Shown here: one piece after another, positions 27,865-31,076 of the stretch
How positions within the stretch are numbered: position 1 is the stretch's first letter
Layout of the letters: the number at the start of each line of letters is the position of its first letter
NCBI GenBank assembly: GCA_035389045.1
Contig: DAOORA010000010.1
Span: 62,001 to 93,076 of the forward strand
Length of the DNA: 31,076 nt
Direction of reading: 5' to 3'
Source: Bacteroidales bacterium
GTDB lineage: Bacteria > Bacteroidota > Bacteroidia > Bacteroidales > CAIWKO01
The notes under the pieces: model-generated
The model's input: only the letters and a program-made list of their open reading frames with translations
Told to the model about the DNA's origin: nothing
Databases searched by the model: none
Translations under genes and position numbers: made by a program

Positions 27865-27976
27865 TGTTGAGGAAAAATATCTTTTCTTTTTCAGGTATGC
27901 GTATTATAGCAGAAAGCACAGCGGCGAAAACGGAAAATAGGAATCTAAAGTGTTGAAAATTAATGGAATAATTAAT
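27858..27976 (+). pseudogene. Eroded 3' remnant of a fourth adaptor gene
   Basis: GGCGAAAACGGAAAATAGGAATCTAAAGTGTTGAAAATTAATGGAATAATTAATCATA aligns with the adaptor 2 end GGAGAAAACGGTAAAAAGGAATCTAAAGTTCTGAAAATCAATGTAATCAATTAATCATA; contains a stop and deletions. Confidence 0.75.
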
Positions 27977-27992
27977 CATAAAAAAATATAAC

Positions 27993-29423
27993 ATGAAAAC
28001 AACGGTTACCAAAATCATTTTCTCATTGATCTTTTTAGTTGTCATGGGCTATTCTTTTGCCCAGGCGCCCCAGGCATTCAATTACCAGGCCGTTGCCCGC
28101 GATATTTCGGGAAATGTATTGCCCAACCAGCTTTTGGGTATCAGGGTTTCACTGCATATGGGAACAGCCACGGGAACCGTAGTTTATTCGGAAACCTTTA
28201 CTCCGACCACTAATCCCTATGGTTTATTTACCCTAAGCATAGGTATAGGAACCTCTGTCTCCGGGCAATTTGATACGATTGCATGGGGTAAGAATCAATA
28301 TTACATGCAGGTGGAAATGGATCCTGCGGGCGGAGTGACGTATACTGATATGGGTACCAGTCAGTTGCTTTCTGTTCCTTATGCTATGTATGCTGAGAGA
28401 ACCAAAGCATTGCCTCCGGGTACTTCTGGACAAACTCTCGCTCATGATGCCTCAGGATGGGTAGCCAGTGATTTTCTTGTTAATACCGGAGTCCGCATAG
28501 GTATTGGAACCACCACACCGGGATTCTTATGTGAGATGAAATCCTCTCAGTCCTATTTACATATTAACTCCACAGGAACTTTCGGAGGTATTTTACTGAA
28601 CAGGCCTGATACGAATTCATATATGAGACTGATGTATCGCACTGATGATAGTAATAAATGGTATGTAGGCCTGCTGGGGGCCAAAGATGGTTATTCTGTT
28701 TCGAGAGCAAACAGCGATGATGGTACATTTCATATAAATCATAATAATGGTTATGTAGGAATCGGAACAATTGCGCCAACCAATATCTTTGAAGTAGTAA
28801 CCGGAACTTCAGGAAGCAAATTCCGTGTAGGCTCAGTCACATATGGCTCTGGTTTTGGCCAGGATTTTAACAGCAGTAATGCCTCATATTTTCTGGCTAA
28901 TGGCGGCTCTTACTGGCATTTTTGCTATGCGGCAACTCCTGCAGATGCATATACAAGAATAGTGTCCATTGATGGCGGAGGAAATGTTTTCCGTCCTTCT
29001 GCAAACAATACAGTAAGCTTAGGAAACTCAGGTTATAAATGGACCGCTGTATGGGCAGTGAACGGAACCATACAGACTTCTGACCTGCGTTATAAAACCG
29101 ATATCGCTGACATACCTTACGGGCTTAAAGAAGTTTTGAAACTTCGCCCTGTTTCTTATAGCTGGAAAAATGAAAAGCTGAATACCGGTACAGGCAAAAA
29201 TCTTGGCTTTATTGCCCAGGAAATGGAAACATTGGTGCCTGATGTTGTGGTTCATACTCAGATAGAAATTGACAAAGAAACCGATCAGCCCGGAAGTGAG
29301 TATCCGGATGCCTACGGCGTGAAATACAGCGAGCTTATTCCTGTGCTGGTAAAAGCTATTCAGGAGCAACAAGCTCAGATTGAACTGCTGAAGCAGGAAA
29401 TTAAAACCCTGAAAGAAAAATAG
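27993..29423 (+). CDS. Secreted fibre-like protein 5 with peptidase S74 chaperone domain
   Basis: Same N-module; GTSGQTL...W segment; RIGIGTTTP and GYVGIGTIAP; SDLRYK, GFIAQE, YSELIPVLVKAIQEQQ. Confidence 0.88.
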   Translation: MKTTVTKIIFSLIFLVVMGYSFAQAPQAFNYQAVARDISGNVLPNQLLGIRVSLHMGTATGTVVYSETFTPTTNPYGLFTLSIGIGTSVSGQFDTIAWGKNQYYMQVEMDPAGGVTYTDMGTSQLLSVPYAMYAERTKALPPGTSGQTLAHDASGWVASDFLVNTGVRIGIGTTTPGFLCEMKSSQSYLHINSTGTFGGILLNRPDTNSYMRLMYRTDDSNKWYVGLLGAKDGYSVSRANSDDGTFHINHNNGYVGIGTIAPTNIFEVVTGTSGSKFRVGSVTYGSGFGQDFNSSNASYFLANGGSYWHFCYAATPADAYTRIVSIDGGGNVFRPSANNTVSLGNSGYKWTAVWAVNGTIQTSDLRYKTDIADIPYGLKEVLKLRPVSYSWKNEKLNTGTGKNLGFIAQEMETLVPDVVVHTQIEIDKETDQPGSEYPDAYGVKYSELIPVLVKAIQEQQAQIELLKQEIKTLKEK

Positions 29424-29425
29424 TT

Positions 29426-30493
29426 TTATACTGACGTGATGAGCATTATGGAATGATGCTCACCGGCATAATGGTTATATAACAGAATACGGCGGATATT
29501 GCGGGGGGCGTTTCCACGGTAAAGTGCTACCGGAGGGATGTGCTGCTGTTTTAATATAGTGGAAGCCAGCCAGAGCCCGAAAGCAGAAGCTGTATAATAC
29601 TCTCCGCAAAAATGCTTGAAAGCGGCAACAGCTTGTTTATCAAATATCTCGTTAATTACTGAATGATACCACTTGTCAGTTGCATCGTCGCCGTTAAGTC
29701 CTGCAACAAAAAGGTCTATATCGGTGGCTGATAAATTATTATCTTTCAGTATGTTATTGATTGTATCATGGATGCAGGTAATTGATTTGGGTTTGTATAA
29801 TGTCTTTAAACAATCCAGGCGGGCATAGGAATTGGGACGTATGTCTTTTGTCAGCGTAAAATAAACAGAACCCTCACCTGGAATGGTGCCCTTTCCGGGA
29901 TTTTTCAGCATGTCAAGATGGTTTTCAGCTTGTTGCCGCCACAAACCCAACAGGCCGGAAATATTATAATGATTTTCAGAGATTTCGTCTATTCCGCCCA
30001 CCAGTGCCGAATCAGCTTCACCTCTCTGCATCAGGTCGAGCCCGTCAATGAGCGCCGATTCAAAAGAAAAACCACGGTGGACATAGGTCGAATTGTAATT
30101 GGCGCATTTCAGAATAATGGCTATCTGTGAACTGATCGTGTTATAGGTTGATTGCATAAAGTTAGTCGGGTTCAGCAGGGTTTCATTATTGTCGAGCATG
30201 GTGGTCAGAAACTTCTCCGTGTCTTTCACACTGCCTAAGCCCGTCCCTGTGATAATAGCCCCGGGCATTTCAACTCCCGAATCTTTCAGACAGATTACAG
30301 CCGATGTGATCCCCATTTTTATGATACGGCTCAGACGTCTGGCTAACAAAGGATCTATGTAATCCCTGTAAGATTCTGGCTGGATACATTGAAGGAATAA
30401 TGCACTATGATTGACAGGTTCTGCAAGAAAGTCATGGTTCCCGATGGTTTTCTGGGGTGAGATGCAGCCGATGCCGGAGATGTAGGTGGACAT
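29426..30493 (-). CDS. Beta-ketoacyl synthase-like protein, probable non-catalytic chain-length factor (aryl polyene/flexirubin-type cluster)
   Basis: YISGIGCISP, RRLSRIIKMG, GTGLG, PTNFMQS, GEG and FKHFCGE ketosynthase-fold motifs; the catalytic-Cys region reads YVHRGFSFE with no Cys. Confidence 0.8.
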   Translation of the reverse strand: MSTYISGIGCISPQKTIGNHDFLAEPVNHSALFLQCIQPESYRDYIDPLLARRLSRIIKMGITSAVICLKDSGVEMPGAIITGTGLGSVKDTEKFLTTMLDNNETLLNPTNFMQSTYNTISSQIAIILKCANYNSTYVHRGFSFESALIDGLDLMQRGEADSALVGGIDEISENHYNISGLLGLWRQQAENHLDMLKNPGKGTIPGEGSVYFTLTKDIRPNSYARLDCLKTLYKPKSITCIHDTINNILKDNNLSATDIDLFVAGLNGDDATDKWYHSVINEIFDKQAVAAFKHFCGEYYTASAFGLWLASTILKQQHIPPVALYRGNAPRNIRRILLYNHYAGEHHSIMLITSV

Positions 30494-30516
30494 TTTTTTG
30501 GGGGATTTTTAGGGAA

Positions 30517-30775
30517 TTAGGCTGTTAGGTGTTAGTTGTTAGACTGTTAGACTGTTAGACTGTTAGGCTGTTAGACTGTTAGGCTGTTAGACTGTTAGAC
30601 TGTTAGGCTGTTAGGCTGTTAGGCTGTTAGACTGTTAAGGTGTTTAGACTGTTAGGGTGTTTAGACTGTTAGGGTGTTTAGACTGTTAGACTGTTAGACT
30701 GTTAGACTGTTAGACTGTCCCGATAGTACCGATAGTTATCGGCATCGGAAGGCTGTTAGGTGTTCAGGCTGTTAT
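30517..30775. repeat. 8-bp tandem repeat (TGTTAGAC/TGTTAGGC), roughly 25 units, interrupted by a nested palindrome
   Basis: Directly visible; begins about 24 bp upstream of the start codon at 30493. Confidence 0.95.
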
Positions 30776-30911
30776 TTTGATTGATTTTTTTTAGTTTTTT
30801 TGTCTTCTATGAACATTTTTGTATTTGCTATGCGTTCATTTTGGTTATGTTTTTAAGGACTTCAAATTCAAATTAAGTGTTTCACTTTTATAATTCTAAC
30901 TCCCAACTCCC

Positions 30912-30929
30912 TCCCGATAGTTATCGGGA
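30912..30929. repeat. Short palindrome TCCCGATAGTTATCGGGA
   Basis: 8-bp stem TCCCGATA/TATCGGGA with 2-nt loop; related copies at 30718-30750. Confidence 0.8.
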
Positions 30930-30930
30930 C

Positions 30931-31076
30931 CTCCCGACTCCCGACTCCCGACTCCTGACTCCCGACTCCCGACTCCCGACTCCCGACTCCCGACTCCCGA
31001 CTCCCGACTCCCAGCTCCCAGCTCCCGACTCCCGACTCCCGACTCCCGACTCCCGACTCCCGACTCCCGACTCCCG
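30931..31076. repeat. 7-bp tandem repeat (CTCCCGA), about 21 units, running to the window end
   Basis: Directly visible; variants CTCCTGA and CTCCCAG. Confidence 0.95.

Noticed and set aside
21037..29423. Prophage tail module or tailocin
   Set aside because: All fibre-like genes have Sec signal peptides; no capsid, terminase, baseplate, sheath, integrase or lysis genes are visible.
21564..29423. Diversity-generating retroelement or invertible shufflon
   Set aside because: No reverse transcriptase or site-specific recombinase in the window, no template/variable repeat pair with adenine-specific differences noticed, and all copies are full-length and co-oriented.
30517..31076. CRISPR array or telomere-like repeats
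   Set aside because: Head-to-tail 7-8-bp units without unique spacers, in a bacterial gene context.

Overview
Bacteroidota (probably Bacteroidales-like) chromosomal segment, judged from TAnnTTTG -7 promoter boxes, T9SS type A C-terminal domains (CTDs) and signal peptides ending in a +1 Gln. Left (1-10.3 kb), secreted proteins: a partial gene with an Ig/SdrD-B-like module, a signal-peptide-bearing 1620-aa RHS protein with a small Cys-rich C-terminal tip and no obvious immunity gene, and two tandem T9SS-tagged metallophosphoesterases, the longer carrying dockerin-like and cohesin-like modules. Middle (10.6-20.9 kb), mostly housekeeping: lipocalin Blc, a fused glycogen synthase (GT3)/alpha-glucan phosphorylase (GT35), bcp, recA, a TPR lipoprotein and an S9 peptidase. 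Right (21.0-29.4 kb), the best candidate for an undescribed system: an array of small T9SS-CTD 'adaptor' genes paired with five secreted, CTD-less proteins that share a ~135-aa N-terminal module but have swapped, probably trimeric tips (three peptidase-S74 chaperone fibres, one C1q head, one unassigned beta domain). The array shows traces of tandem duplication, gene conversion, module shuffling, decayed copies and a MITE-like insert. The window ends with a ketoacyl-synthase chain-length-factor-like gene and two simple tandem repeat tracts with embedded palindromes. All domain calls come from motif recognition by eye; no searches were run.
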